From IMG/VR virus record IMGVR_UViG_3300008262_000026: 64,000 nucleotides of DNA; one strand, 5' to 3'. The notes beneath the pieces were generated by a model. That model saw only the letters and a program-made list of their open reading frames with translations, made no database searches and was not told the origin of the DNA. Below, piece after piece: positions 54,847-64,000 of the stretch. Positions within the stretch are counted from its first letter, which is position 1. Every line of letters begins with the position of its first letter. This DNA is from a virus (lineage: Duplodnaviria > Heunggongvirae > Uroviricota > Caudoviricetes). Both the position numbers and the translations under genes were made by a program.

Positions 54847-54896
54847 CAAGTGCATATATAGACTGTTAAAATTGAGTTTGAAGGTTATTTTAACTT

Positions 54897-55664
54897 ATGG
54901 CAAAAGGATTTACTGTAAAAGCTGCGGCACCAAAACCCAAAGAACAAGAATGGGATATTGATGCAATTAAAGAAAGAATGAGAGGGAAGAGCATCGTCTT
55001 CTGTTTACCTGGAAGAGGATGTTCATTTATTTTCCTCAAGGCATTTGTACAACTCTGTTTTGACTTAGTTCAGAATGGAATGAGTATTCAGATTTCTCAA
55101 GATTACTCTTCTATGGTTAACTTCGCACGATGCAAAGTTCTTGGTGCAAATGTTCTTCGTGGTCCCAATCAGATTCCTTGGGACGGAAAACTTGAATATG
55201 ATTATCAACTTTGGATTGACTCTGACATTGTTTTTGATTCAACCAAATTCTGGCAACTCTGTGATGTTGCTTTCCCAGAAGAAGGAGAGGAGCGTGAAAT
55301 TGTCGCAGGTTGGTATGCAACTGAAGACGGTCACACAACCTCTGTCGCGCACTGGTTGGAAGAAGACGACTTCCGCAAGAATGGTGGAGTCATGAATCAC
55401 GAAACTGTTGAGAGTATCTCAAAGCGTCGCAAACCCTTCACTGTTGACTATACAGGTTTTGGTTGGGTAATGATTAAGAAAGGTGTCTTTGAGAACCTTG
55501 AGTACCCTTGGTTTGCTCCAAAGATGCAAGTATTTGAATCTGGAGCAGTTCAGGATATGTGCGGCGAAGATGTCTCATTCTGTCTTGATGCAAAGGAAAA
55601 AGGTTTTGAAATTTGGTGTGACCCACGGATTCGGGTGGGACATGAGAAAACTCGTATTATTTGA
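54897..55664 (+). CDS. putative glycosyltransferase-like protein (DxD motif)
   Basis: WIDSDIVF DxD-type motif and overall GT-like pattern. Weak call. Confidence 0.35.
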   Translation: MAKGFTVKAAAPKPKEQEWDIDAIKERMRGKSIVFCLPGRGCSFIFLKAFVQLCFDLVQNGMSIQISQDYSSMVNFARCKVLGANVLRGPNQIPWDGKLEYDYQLWIDSDIVFDSTKFWQLCDVAFPEEGEEREIVAGWYATEDGHTTSVAHWLEEDDFRKNGGVMNHETVESISKRRKPFTVDYTGFGWVMIKKGVFENLEYPWFAPKMQVFESGAVQDMCGEDVSFCLDAKEKGFEIWCDPRIRVGHEKTRII

Positions 55665-55688
55665 TTGAAATTAAGGAGGTAACTTAAA

Positions 55689-55829
55689 ATGGCTAAAGGT
55701 GGATTGAACAAGACTGTATTTGAAGCAGGAGCTCCTAAGAAAACTCGTCAGGGACGTTCTTCTCGTACATTACTAAGCGCAACGTCTCGTAATGGAAGAA
55801 AGAAGAGATATCGCGGTCAAGGAAAGTAA
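55689..55829 (+). CDS. small very basic protein (46 aa)
   Basis: Strong SD AAGGAGG 8 nt upstream. R/K-rich. Confidence 0.45.
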   Translation: MAKGGLNKTVFEAGAPKKTRQGRSSRTLLSATSRNGRKKRYRGQGK

Positions 55830-55835
55830 TTCATT

Positions 55836-56054
55836 ATGATTCAACTAAACCCACCCATTCCTCTTGTGACCCCAAAAGGTAATGGGTGGGCATTTTTTTG
55901 TATTGATCGTTCTCAAGAGCACGATTTGGAGTGGGTCGTATTTATAGATAATACAGGAGAATGTTGGACTTTTAAGAATTCGCAAATTCGCATTCAAAAG
56001 AATTACACTCTAAACAGAAATAATATTCCAAGTCTCGGGATAGAAACCCCGTAA
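55836..56054 (+). CDS. hypothetical protein
   Basis: Plus-strand ORF. Confidence 0.4.
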   Translation: MIQLNPPIPLVTPKGNGWAFFCIDRSQEHDLEWVVFIDNTGECWTFKNSQIRIQKNYTLNRNNIPSLGIETP

Positions 56055-56277
56055 AAAGTTCTGATTTTCTATAAATCAGGAGAAAAAAATGACTCAAAAA
56101 ATGCTTAGAGAAATTTCAAATGACGATTTAACTCCCAAAAAGCACAACTTTATTCTTCAAAACGAAATACATTCCAAAATTCGTAATGATAATGATTATG
56201 ATGATTGGGAGTATGGTACAGAACCACTTTATGAGGTAAAAAACCTTAATAAATAAGATAGATTTGTTAAGGTTTTT

Positions 56278-56679
56278 ATGCCTTTAGAACGGGTAAGTAA
56301 AGGTTTCAAAGATCTGAGTATGACATTTCAGGTCAACCCAATTAACTATGATCTCATTGCTCTGAAAAACGAGACTGCAATTGCCCGTTCTATCCGCAAT
56401 TTGGTGCTTACATATCCTGGCGAAAGATTTTTCAATCAAAATCTGGGTTCAAAAGTTAGTCGGTCTCTTTTTGAGAATATTGATGATATTTCTTCATCAA
56501 TCATCAAAGACGAAATTGAAAATACTATTCGAAACTATGAACCTAGGGTAAATTTAATCGAAGTAATAGTTAGTCCAAACTACGATAGTAATGAATTTAA
56601 CGTTACAATCAACTATCGCATCGTAGGAATTGACGTTCTTCCTCAACAATTATCATTTGCACTACAGCCAACAAGATAA
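56278..56679 (+). CDS. 25: baseplate wedge protein gp25 (lysozyme-like)
   Basis: Size and the RNYEPR motif are shared with T4 gp25. Position is immediately 5' of gp6. Confidence 0.75.
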   Translation: MPLERVSKGFKDLSMTFQVNPINYDLIALKNETAIARSIRNLVLTYPGERFFNQNLGSKVSRSLFENIDDISSSIIKDEIENTIRNYEPRVNLIEVIVSPNYDSNEFNVTINYRIVGIDVLPQQLSFALQPTR

Positions 56680-58590
56680 ATGGCATTAGTTAATTTTACT
56701 AATTTAGACTTCGACCAAATAAGATCCTCAATTCGCGAGTACTTAAGAGCGAATTCAAATTTTACTGACTATGACTTTGAAGGATCAAATCTCTCAACAC
56801 TCATTGACGTTTTAGCATATAATACCTACATTTCCTCATACAATGCTAATATGATTAGCAATGAGGTTTTTATTGATAGTGCAACTCTCAGGGAAAATGT
56901 AGTCTCTTTGGCAAGGAATATTGGATATGTTCCCCATTCTCGCTCCTCTTCAAAGGCAAATATTTCATTTTTTGTAGATACAACTGGATTTTCGACTAAT
57001 CCTCTTACCCTAACTCTTAAATCCGGGGTTGTTTGTACAACCAATACAACTTTTGGTAATCAAAGTTTTTCCTTCATAATTCCGCAAGATATAACAATTC
57101 CCATAGTGAATGGAATTGCTTTATTTGAAAACATAAACATTTTTGAAGGAACATTCGTAGTTAATAATTTCACGGTAGATGCAAATAACCCAAATCAAAG
57201 ATTTATCTTAGACAATCCAAATATTGACATAGATTCTATTAATGTTTTTGTCAGAGATACTCAATCAAGTACTATTAGAAGATCCTTCAAATTATCAAAA
57301 AATCTTTTTCAGATTAATTCAGAATCAAGTGTTTTCTTCATTCAGGAAATTGAAGATCAGAGATATGAATTAATTTTTGGTGATGGAATTTTTGGGAAAA
57401 AACTTGAGAATTTAAATTATATTGAAATCTCTTATACTATCACAAATGGGCCGGCGGCTGATGGGGTATCATCATTTTCATTTAATGGTCGTATTGTTGA
57501 TAATAACAATAGAGTTATCACGTCTGGCATTTCTCTAATCACAACAAATTCTTCCTCACAAAATGGAAGAGAAATAGAATCAGTAGAGTCTATTAAAAAG
57601 TATGCTCCAAGAAAATATTCTGCGCAAAATAGAGCTGTAACAGCAACTGATTATGAGACAATCATTCCGACAATCTATCCCGAGGCAGAATCTATATCTG
57701 TTTTTGGTGGAGAAGATTTAAGTCCTCCAAAATACGGAAAAGTTTTTATTAGTATAAAACCAATTAATGGACCTTTTGTTTCCAATCAGGTTAAAGATAA
57801 CATTATAAACTCTTTGCGAAGGTATGCTGTTGCGGGAATAGTACCTGAAATTATTGATCTAAAATATCTCTACATCGAATCCAACACCACTGCATATTAT
57901 AATTCGAATTCTACATCCGATCCCAATTACCTAAAGGATATTATTCTAACGAATATAAAGAATTATGCGAATTCAAAAGAACTTAACAAGTATGGAGCAA
58001 GATTTAAGTATAGTAAATATTTAAAAATCATAGACGATACTAATACTGCAATCACTTCAAATATAACCAAAATAGTAATACGACGCGATTTGAGGGCAGA
58101 AGTGAATAAATTTGCCGACTATGAGATTTGTTATGGTAACGAATTTCATATTAAAAATTATTCTGGATATAATATTAAGTCTTCTGGTTTCAATGTATCA
58201 GGAATAAATGATACTCTTTATTTGTCTGACATTCCTAATAGTGATGGATTAACCGGAAGTATTTTCTTCTTTAAATTACAATCATCCAATACTCCAATAA
58301 TTGTAAGAAAAAATGTCGGAAAAATTGACTACAAAAAAGGAGAAATAAACCTGTACCCAATAAATATAACTTCTACGGCAAAATCATCATATTCGTTCCC
58401 TATAATTCAAATTTCAGCAGTTCCAAAGTCAAATGATGTGATCGGATTGCAAGATTTATATTTACAACTAGATATTAATAATAGTTCGTTAAATATGTTA
58501 TCTGATGAAATTTCTTCTGGTTCAGATATATCTGGATCAACCTATAAGTTTACATCAAGCTACACTAACGGAGACCTTGTAAGAATATAA
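56680..58590 (+). CDS. 6: baseplate wedge protein gp6
   Basis: 636 aa. N-terminus MALVNFTNLDFDQIRSSIREYL...LIDVLAYNTYI is typical of T4-like/cyanomyovirus gp6. Synteny with gp25. Confidence 0.7.
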   Translation: MALVNFTNLDFDQIRSSIREYLRANSNFTDYDFEGSNLSTLIDVLAYNTYISSYNANMISNEVFIDSATLRENVVSLARNIGYVPHSRSSSKANISFFVDTTGFSTNPLTLTLKSGVVCTTNTTFGNQSFSFIIPQDITIPIVNGIALFENINIFEGTFVVNNFTVDANNPNQRFILDNPNIDIDSINVFVRDTQSSTIRRSFKLSKNLFQINSESSVFFIQEIEDQRYELIFGDGIFGKKLENLNYIEISYTITNGPAADGVSSFSFNGRIVDNNNRVITSGISLITTNSSSQNGREIESVESIKKYAPRKYSAQNRAVTATDYETIIPTIYPEAESISVFGGEDLSPPKYGKVFISIKPINGPFVSNQVKDNIINSLRRYAVAGIVPEIIDLKYLYIESNTTAYYNSNSTSDPNYLKDIILTNIKNYANSKELNKYGARFKYSKYLKIIDDTNTAITSNITKIVIRRDLRAEVNKFADYEICYGNEFHIKNYSGYNIKSSGFNVSGINDTLYLSDIPNSDGLTGSIFFFKLQSSNTPIIVRKNVGKIDYKKGEINLYPINITSTAKSSYSFPIIQISAVPKSNDVIGLQDLYLQLDINNSSLNMLSDEISSGSDISGSTYKFTSSYTNGDLVRI

Positions 58591-58594
58591 TAAA

Positions 58595-61500
58595 ATGACA
58601 GAAACCAGAATCAAAATCAGTTCTATTGTTGAAAATCAACTTCCACAGTTTGTTAGAGAGGAATTTCCTCTTGTTTCTGAATTTTTATCACAATATTATA
58701 TTTCATTAGAAAGTCAAAGTGGAGTAAATGATTTACTTCAAAATATAGACCAATATATTAAAGTAGATCAATTAACCAATTTAATAGACTATACAGTTTT
58801 AACTTCAGATGTAACATATTTTGATTCTACTATAAACGTAATTTCAACCTCTGGATTTCCTGATGAATATGGTTTATTGCTAATTGATTCCGAAATCATC
58901 ACATACACATCAAAAACTTCTACAACATTTGAAGGATGTGTTCGTGGATTTAGTGGTACTACTTCATATGAAATAAAAGATGAATTCGTATTCACAGAAA
59001 CAGAAGTACAAGAGCATAGTTTTATTGTAAACGGTGCCCCAAATAAGGTTACAAACTTAAGTATTCTTTTTCTTAAGGAATTTTTAAATAAAGTTAAAAA
59101 ACAAATCACACCTGGGTTTGATGATAGGGAGTTATATTCGGATCTAGATGAAAGATTGTTCATAAAGCAATCAATAGATTTTTACTCATCAAAAGGTACT
59201 GATAATTCCTTTAAGATTTTATTCGGTGCATTATACGGACAGAATGTTGAGGTAATAAGGCCAAGAGATTATTTGATTCAACCATCAGATGCTCAATATA
59301 GAATTACATCAGATTTGGTTGTAGAATCTATTGAAGGAAATCCTGAAGATATTGTAAATAGAACTCTATACCAAGACCAAACATCATTTATAAGCTCCGC
59401 GCAAGGAACTATTACAAAAGTAGAGAGAATTAGAAGAGATTCTAAAGATTATTATGTCATTAGTTTGGACTCTGATTATAACAAAGATATTGGTTCTGTT
59501 GGGTCTATTTTTGGGAAATTTACTATTCACCCAAAAACAAAACTAATTTCTAATATAGTATCTGGATCAACTACTTTAGAAGTTGATTCTACGGTTGCAT
59601 TTCCACAGAATAACGGAAACCTTATCATTGATCTTGAAAATGGGACTTCGTTATTTGTAACGTATAAGTCAAAGAACTTAAATCAATTTTTAGGTTGTTC
59701 TGGAATTTCTCAAGATATTTTAGCATCCACAGAAGTAAAATCGGATTCCTTTGCATATGGCAATTCTTCTGATGGAATTGTCAAGATTAGAATTTTGGGT
59801 GTTCTGTCTGAACTAGAATTACCAACGGACACTAAATTATATTCAAAGGGAGATACTGTAAAAATAAAAACTTTGGGTATAGATTTAAATGACTATAAAT
59901 CTAATAATTGGTTTTTCAATATTCCAGTAAAGTATGACGTAAAATCTATACACTTACTTGATATCTCAGATAAATCTTACAAAGTTGATTTATATTATAC
60001 ACATTCTCTTAGAGTAGGGGACTATGTAACATTAATCTCATCAACTGGAAGAGAGCAATCTGGTTATGTAGTATCATTTAATAATGAAAAGTCATTTAGT
60101 ATTCAATTTGGATCAGAAAATCTAGCATTAGATGTAAATTTAAGTTATATTGCTAGAAAAAACCTATCAAAGGTCTCTTCGGATAATTATCCATCAGTAA
60201 ATCAATATATTTCAAACGTACAGAATGTATATTATAGTAACAATAAGTCATTATATGTAACTTCCCCCTCTCTTCCCACATATTTGAATAGAAATATAAG
60301 TGTAAGCGATAGATCTATAACATTTAGTGGGTCTTTTGATGGGGAAATTCTGGATTTTGGATCTCCTCATGGATTTTATACCGGGGATTCTATTGTATAC
60401 AAACCAACAACAAATAATACATTAGGAATTTCTACCGGAGTTTATTTCGCAAAGAAAGAAAGTGAAACTAAATTAAAACTGGCAAGAAGTAGAAGTAATA
60501 TTTTTACTAATAATTTTATCACAGTAAGCGGCATAGTAACAAATGCAAAATTTGAATTAACAGATTTTACATATGGAGATTTAAGCACACAATTATTAGA
60601 ATCCCAAAAATTAATCAGAAAAATTTCAGAACCAGAAACTGATAGTAATGTTTATGAAACTATCCCTGGACTGACTGGAATTTTTGTAAATGGAGTTGAA
60701 CTACTTAACTACAAATCAAAAGATAATGTTTATTATGGTCCTATAGAAAATATTATTCCTATAGCACCTGGATCTGGGTACGACGTAATTAATCCACCAA
60801 TATTATCAATAATAGATCCTGTGGGGGCAGGGGCGAGTGGATATTGCTCAGTAATTGGCAGCCTTAACAGAATTGATATTATAGATGCCGGATTTGATTA
60901 CGTCGAACAACCTACAATTGAGATTGTTGGGGGAAATGGGTACGGGGCATCGGCAAAGGCAAATTTAATTTCATTTGACCATACTTCAAGTTTCAATTCT
61001 CAGGGGTCTGCAAAATTAGTCGAATTAAATCCAATTAACACCATCGGATTCTCCGATTATCATAAATTTAGGGATCTTGAGGAGGTTGTTTATATAACTG
61101 ATTCTCAAATTGCTTTGGGAGGATTATTCGAAAATTCGACTTATTTTGTTTCTGTTCAGGATGCATACAATATTAAATTGCACAAATCCTTTTATGATGC
61201 AAGTGTTGGTATTAATACTGTAGAATTAACTTCGTATGGAGTCGGAAATCATACATTTAAATCTAGAAATAAGAAGAAAAAAATTGGATCTATTACTGTA
61301 CAAGATGCGGGGATAGGATATCAGAATAAATTAACTTCTACTGAAATAAGTGGTATTAGTACAACATCAGATATAATTACAATATCTAATCATGGATACA
61401 ATAGCGGAGAAATAGTTGTATATAACGCAACATTGTCCCCGATAGGAGGATTATCCTCCTCCACTTCATATTATGTAACTAGAATTAACAGTGACCAATT

Positions 61501-64000
61501 TAAATTGTCCCAAATTGGAATTAATACGCTTGGGATTTCTACTACATTCTATTATGAATCAAAGCAATATGTAGATTTAACCTCTGTGGGCGCTGGAGTT
61601 CATAAATTTAACTATCCAGAAATTAAAGTATCTGTTAGTGGGAGAATTGGAGTTTCTACAATTTCAAATCAAAATTTTGGTGCCATAATCCAACCAGTTT
61701 TCAGTGGCGAAATACAATCAGTATTTGTAGAATCTGGTGGTGAAAAGTATGGGTCCGAAGACATTTTAAATTACAATAGACAACCTCTTTTTGAATTGAA
61801 TTCTGGTTCGGGAATTCAATTAAAACCAATTATTTCCCAAGGCAAAATTGTTGATGTATTAATCAACAGTTCTGGAAGTGGTTATAATTCGGTGCCAAAT
61901 ATTGAGATAATTGGTGATGGTATAGGTGCTTCATTAACACCTATTTTCTCAAATGGGTCTCTATCCGAAATTAAAATTATCAATGGAGGAATAGGTTATA
62001 ATCCTTCAAATACATATATTACAGTAACATCATCCGGATATGGTGCAAAATTTGAAGCACAAATTAAACCTTGGAAGATTAATTTAGTAGAAAGATTGAT
62101 CCAAAATTCCCAAATACCAGATGATGATGGAATTCTAACCTCTGGATTAAATGGCGATTATGGTCTCGAATATACTCATGCATATTCGCCCAGAAATTTA
62201 AGATCCTCGGTGCAGGCATCTTTCTTTAAAGAGGGGGAAAAACTATATGTGCCAGATTTGCAGTTATTTAATAATAAAGAACAATTATCATATGCACATT
62301 CTCCAATTATTGGATGGGCATATGACGGAAACCCAATATATGGACCATATGGGTATTCATCAAAACTTGGAGGATCCGTTAAGGCTGTAAGAACTGGATA
62401 TAAATTATCAGACTCAGTAACTGAAGATAGACCAAAAACTTCTTTATATCCTAAAGGATTCTTTGTTGAAGATTATGTTTATGTGGGTAATGGTGATTTG
62501 GATGAGCATAATGGAAGATTCTGCATTACTCCAGAATATCCAAATGGTATCTATGCATACTTCTCTACTATTAATGGGGATTATGTAGAATCTTCGGGTA
62601 TGTTTATGAACTATAGACGCCCAATTTTCCCTTATGTGTTGGGAAATTCTTACAAATCAAAACCAATCGAATTTAATTTCAATAGGGAATCAAATCAAGA
62701 TCATATTGATATAAATCAAACGGACTGGAGAAGAAATACTAAACCATATGGTATTTTGGATAATCCAAATTCGTATGAATTTCTTTTAAATCCAAATAAT
62801 ATTAAACTCCAAAATTCAACCATAAAATCAGTATCTACAGGATCTATAGATTTTATAAAAATCATTTCCCCCGGAAATGATTACAAAGTAAATAATAAAA
62901 TAAATTTTGATTCTTTACCCTATAGTGATAGTGATAGTGCTAGGGCTAAAGTTTCTTTAATCTCCGGAAAATTAATATCCCAAATTAGCGTAGGAACTTC
63001 TATATTTGATGATGTTAAATTTTATCCAAGCGATAAGGAATTTATTGGATTTACATCTGTCCCCCATAATTATTCAAATAATGATCTAATCACTATCACT
63101 GGCGAATATGATTATCAAAAATCTGCCAATATAAGTGTATCTAACAATACACTCACAATAACTTCAGGTGTAGGATCAGCCCAATATACGGGTTTAGTAA
63201 CTTACTTTTCAGTTTCTGGTAATTTAAATTATCCAAATATTGGAGAAAATGATATTTATCAAATAGGAAATGAGCAAGTAAAGATCTTAAATGTTGATGC
63301 ACAGTCTTCCAGAATAAGAGTACTTCGTAACCAAAATAATACCTCAGGAATAGTAACATACACTGCGGGTTCTATTTTAAAAGAAAATCCTAGAAAATTT
63401 AAAGTCAATTTTGGTATTTCCACTTCATATAATTATGAAATTAATAGGGAATTCTATTTTGACCCTAAAGAATCTGTGGGATTGGGAACAACATCAGGCG
63501 TAGGAATTGTAAGCACCATTTACTTTTCTAACCCAGGCGTAGGAATTACTCAAAGTACTATTCCAACACAATCAATTTATATTAGGAATCACAATTTAAA
63601 TACTGGAGATTCTGTAATTTATTCTGCAAATGGAGGATCAAGAATTTCCGTATCAACTAATGGATATTCTAGTTTCCAACTTACAGATAACTCTATTGTC
63701 TATGTCGCTAAAATTACAAATGATTTGATTGGATTATCGACAAATAAAATTAGTATTGGTTCAACGGGAACTTTTGTTTCTGCTGGATCTACTCCAAGTA
63801 ATATTTTATATTTTACTTCAGTTGGATCGGGAAATACTCACAGTTTCAAAACAAATTATACAAATACATTAACGGGACAAATTTCCAAAAATGTTGTTAC
63901 TGTTTCTACGGCAGAAACTCACGGACTTTCATTGCGGGATGAAGTTTTTATTGACGTAAAATCTGGACTTTCCACAACATTTGTGGTTAAGTATGATGAC
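58595..64000 (+). CDS. giant structural (baseplate wedge gp7-like) protein, 5' portion (1801 codons open to window end)
   Basis: Uninterrupted plus-strand frame from ATG 58595 to the window end. Follows gp6 as gp7 does in T4-like and cyanomyovirus genomes. Confidence 0.55.
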   Translation, partial: MTETRIKISSIVENQLPQFVREEFPLVSEFLSQYYISLESQSGVNDLLQNIDQYIKVDQLTNLIDYTVLTSDVTYFDSTINVISTSGFPDEYGLLLIDSEIITYTSKTSTTFEGCVRGFSGTTSYEIKDEFVFTETEVQEHSFIVNGAPNKVTNLSILFLKEFLNKVKKQITPGFDDRELYSDLDERLFIKQSIDFYSSKGTDNSFKILFGALYGQNVEVIRPRDYLIQPSDAQYRITSDLVVESIEGNPEDIVNRTLYQDQTSFISSAQGTITKVERIRRDSKDYYVISLDSDYNKDIGSVGSIFGKFTIHPKTKLISNIVSGSTTLEVDSTVAFPQNNGNLIIDLENGTSLFVTYKSKNLNQFLGCSGISQDILASTEVKSDSFAYGNSSDGIVKIRILGVLSELELPTDTKLYSKGDTVKIKTLGIDLNDYKSNNWFFNIPVKYDVKSIHLLDISDKSYKVDLYYTHSLRVGDYVTLISSTGREQSGYVVSFNNEKSFSIQFGSENLALDVNLSYIARKNLSKVSSDNYPSVNQYISNVQNVYYSNNKSLYVTSPSLPTYLNRNISVSDRSITFSGSFDGEILDFGSPHGFYTGDSIVYKPTTNNTLGISTGVYFAKKESETKLKLARSRSNIFTNNFITVSGIVTNAKFELTDFTYGDLSTQLLESQKLIRKISEPETDSNVYETIPGLTGIFVNGVELLNYKSKDNVYYGPIENIIPIAPGSGYDVINPPILSIIDPVGAGASGYCSVIGSLNRIDIIDAGFDYVEQPTIEIVGGNGYGASAKANLISFDHTSSFNSQGSAKLVELNPINTIGFSDYHKFRDLEEVVYITDSQIALGGLFENSTYFVSVQDAYNIKLHKSFYDASVGINTVELTSYGVGNHTFKSRNKKKKIGSITVQDAGIGYQNKLTSTEISGISTTSDIITISNHGYNSGEIVVYNATLSPIGGLSSSTSYYVTRINSDQFKLSQIGINTLGISTTFYYESKQYVDLTSVGAGVHKFNYPEIKVSVSGRIGVSTISNQNFGAIIQPVFSGEIQSVFVESGGEKYGSEDILNYNRQPLFELNSGSGIQLKPIISQGKIVDVLINSSGSGYNSVPNIEIIGDGIGASLTPIFSNGSLSEIKIINGGIGYNPSNTYITVTSSGYGAKFEAQIKPWKINLVERLIQNSQIPDDDGILTSGLNGDYGLEYTHAYSPRNLRSSVQASFFKEGEKLYVPDLQLFNNKEQLSYAHSPIIGWAYDGNPIYGPYGYSSKLGGSVKAVRTGYKLSDSVTEDRPKTSLYPKGFFVEDYVYVGNGDLDEHNGRFCITPEYPNGIYAYFSTINGDYVESSGMFMNYRRPIFPYVLGNSYKSKPIEFNFNRESNQDHIDINQTDWRRNTKPYGILDNPNSYEFLLNPNNIKLQNSTIKSVSTGSIDFIKIISPGNDYKVNNKINFDSLPYSDSDSARAKVSLISGKLISQISVGTSIFDDVKFYPSDKEFIGFTSVPHNYSNNDLITITGEYDYQKSANISVSNNTLTITSGVGSAQYTGLVTYFSVSGNLNYPNIGENDIYQIGNEQVKILNVDAQSSRIRVLRNQNNTSGIVTYTAGSILKENPRKFKVNFGISTSYNYEINREFYFDPKESVGLGTTSGVGIVSTIYFSNPGVGITQSTIPTQSIYIRNHNLNTGDSVIYSANGGSRISVSTNGYSSFQLTDNSIVYVAKITNDLIGLSTNKISIGSTGTFVSAGSTPSNILYFTSVGSGNTHSFKTNYTNTLTGQISKNVVTVSTAETHGLSLRDEVFIDVKSGLSTTFVVKYDD

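Overview
This window is a single-strand-coded (all + strand) stretch of an AT-rich T4-like myophage genome. The assignment to a marine/cyanomyovirus-like T4-like phage rests on the gp25-gp6-giant ORF order at the 3' end and on the ATGA stop/start gene packing. About 150 tightly packed, mostly small early-type ORFs fill 1-54 kb. Two families of repeated intergenic control elements organise them. The first is ten terminator-hairpin+TATAAT cassettes between 1 and 28 kb. The second is 22 copies of a 35-bp GGGCCC-containing element (21.5-53.5 kb) that usually carries the start codon of the downstream gene. The most interesting region is 22.7-30.3 kb, an RNA-metabolism island. It holds an Rnl-type RNA ligase, an SPFH/prohibitin protein, a CCA/poly(A)-type nucleotidyltransferase head domain, a Toprim protein, and a Ro60/TROVE+vWA (Rsr-like) protein. 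That protein is followed by a consensus sigma70-type promoter driving an array of four tRNA-like ncRNAs. Each of these carries a conserved ~30-nt non-tRNA module in place of a normal anticodon arm, and I interpret them as candidate Y-RNA-like partners of the Ro60-like protein. Other content: two beta-class DNA methyltransferases (one overlapping a PD-(D/E)xK protein, one downstream of an SF2 helicase); a second ligase; two paralogous highly charged proteins with a T4-like capsid-targeting N-terminus; an EF-Ts N-terminal domain mimic; an RlpA-like protein; a type IV pilin-like protein; and candidate small-RNA elements. The 3' end holds late structural genes (baseplate wedge gp25, gp6 and the first 1801 codons of a giant gp7-like ORF). 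All long minus-strand ORFs look like antisense artefacts.
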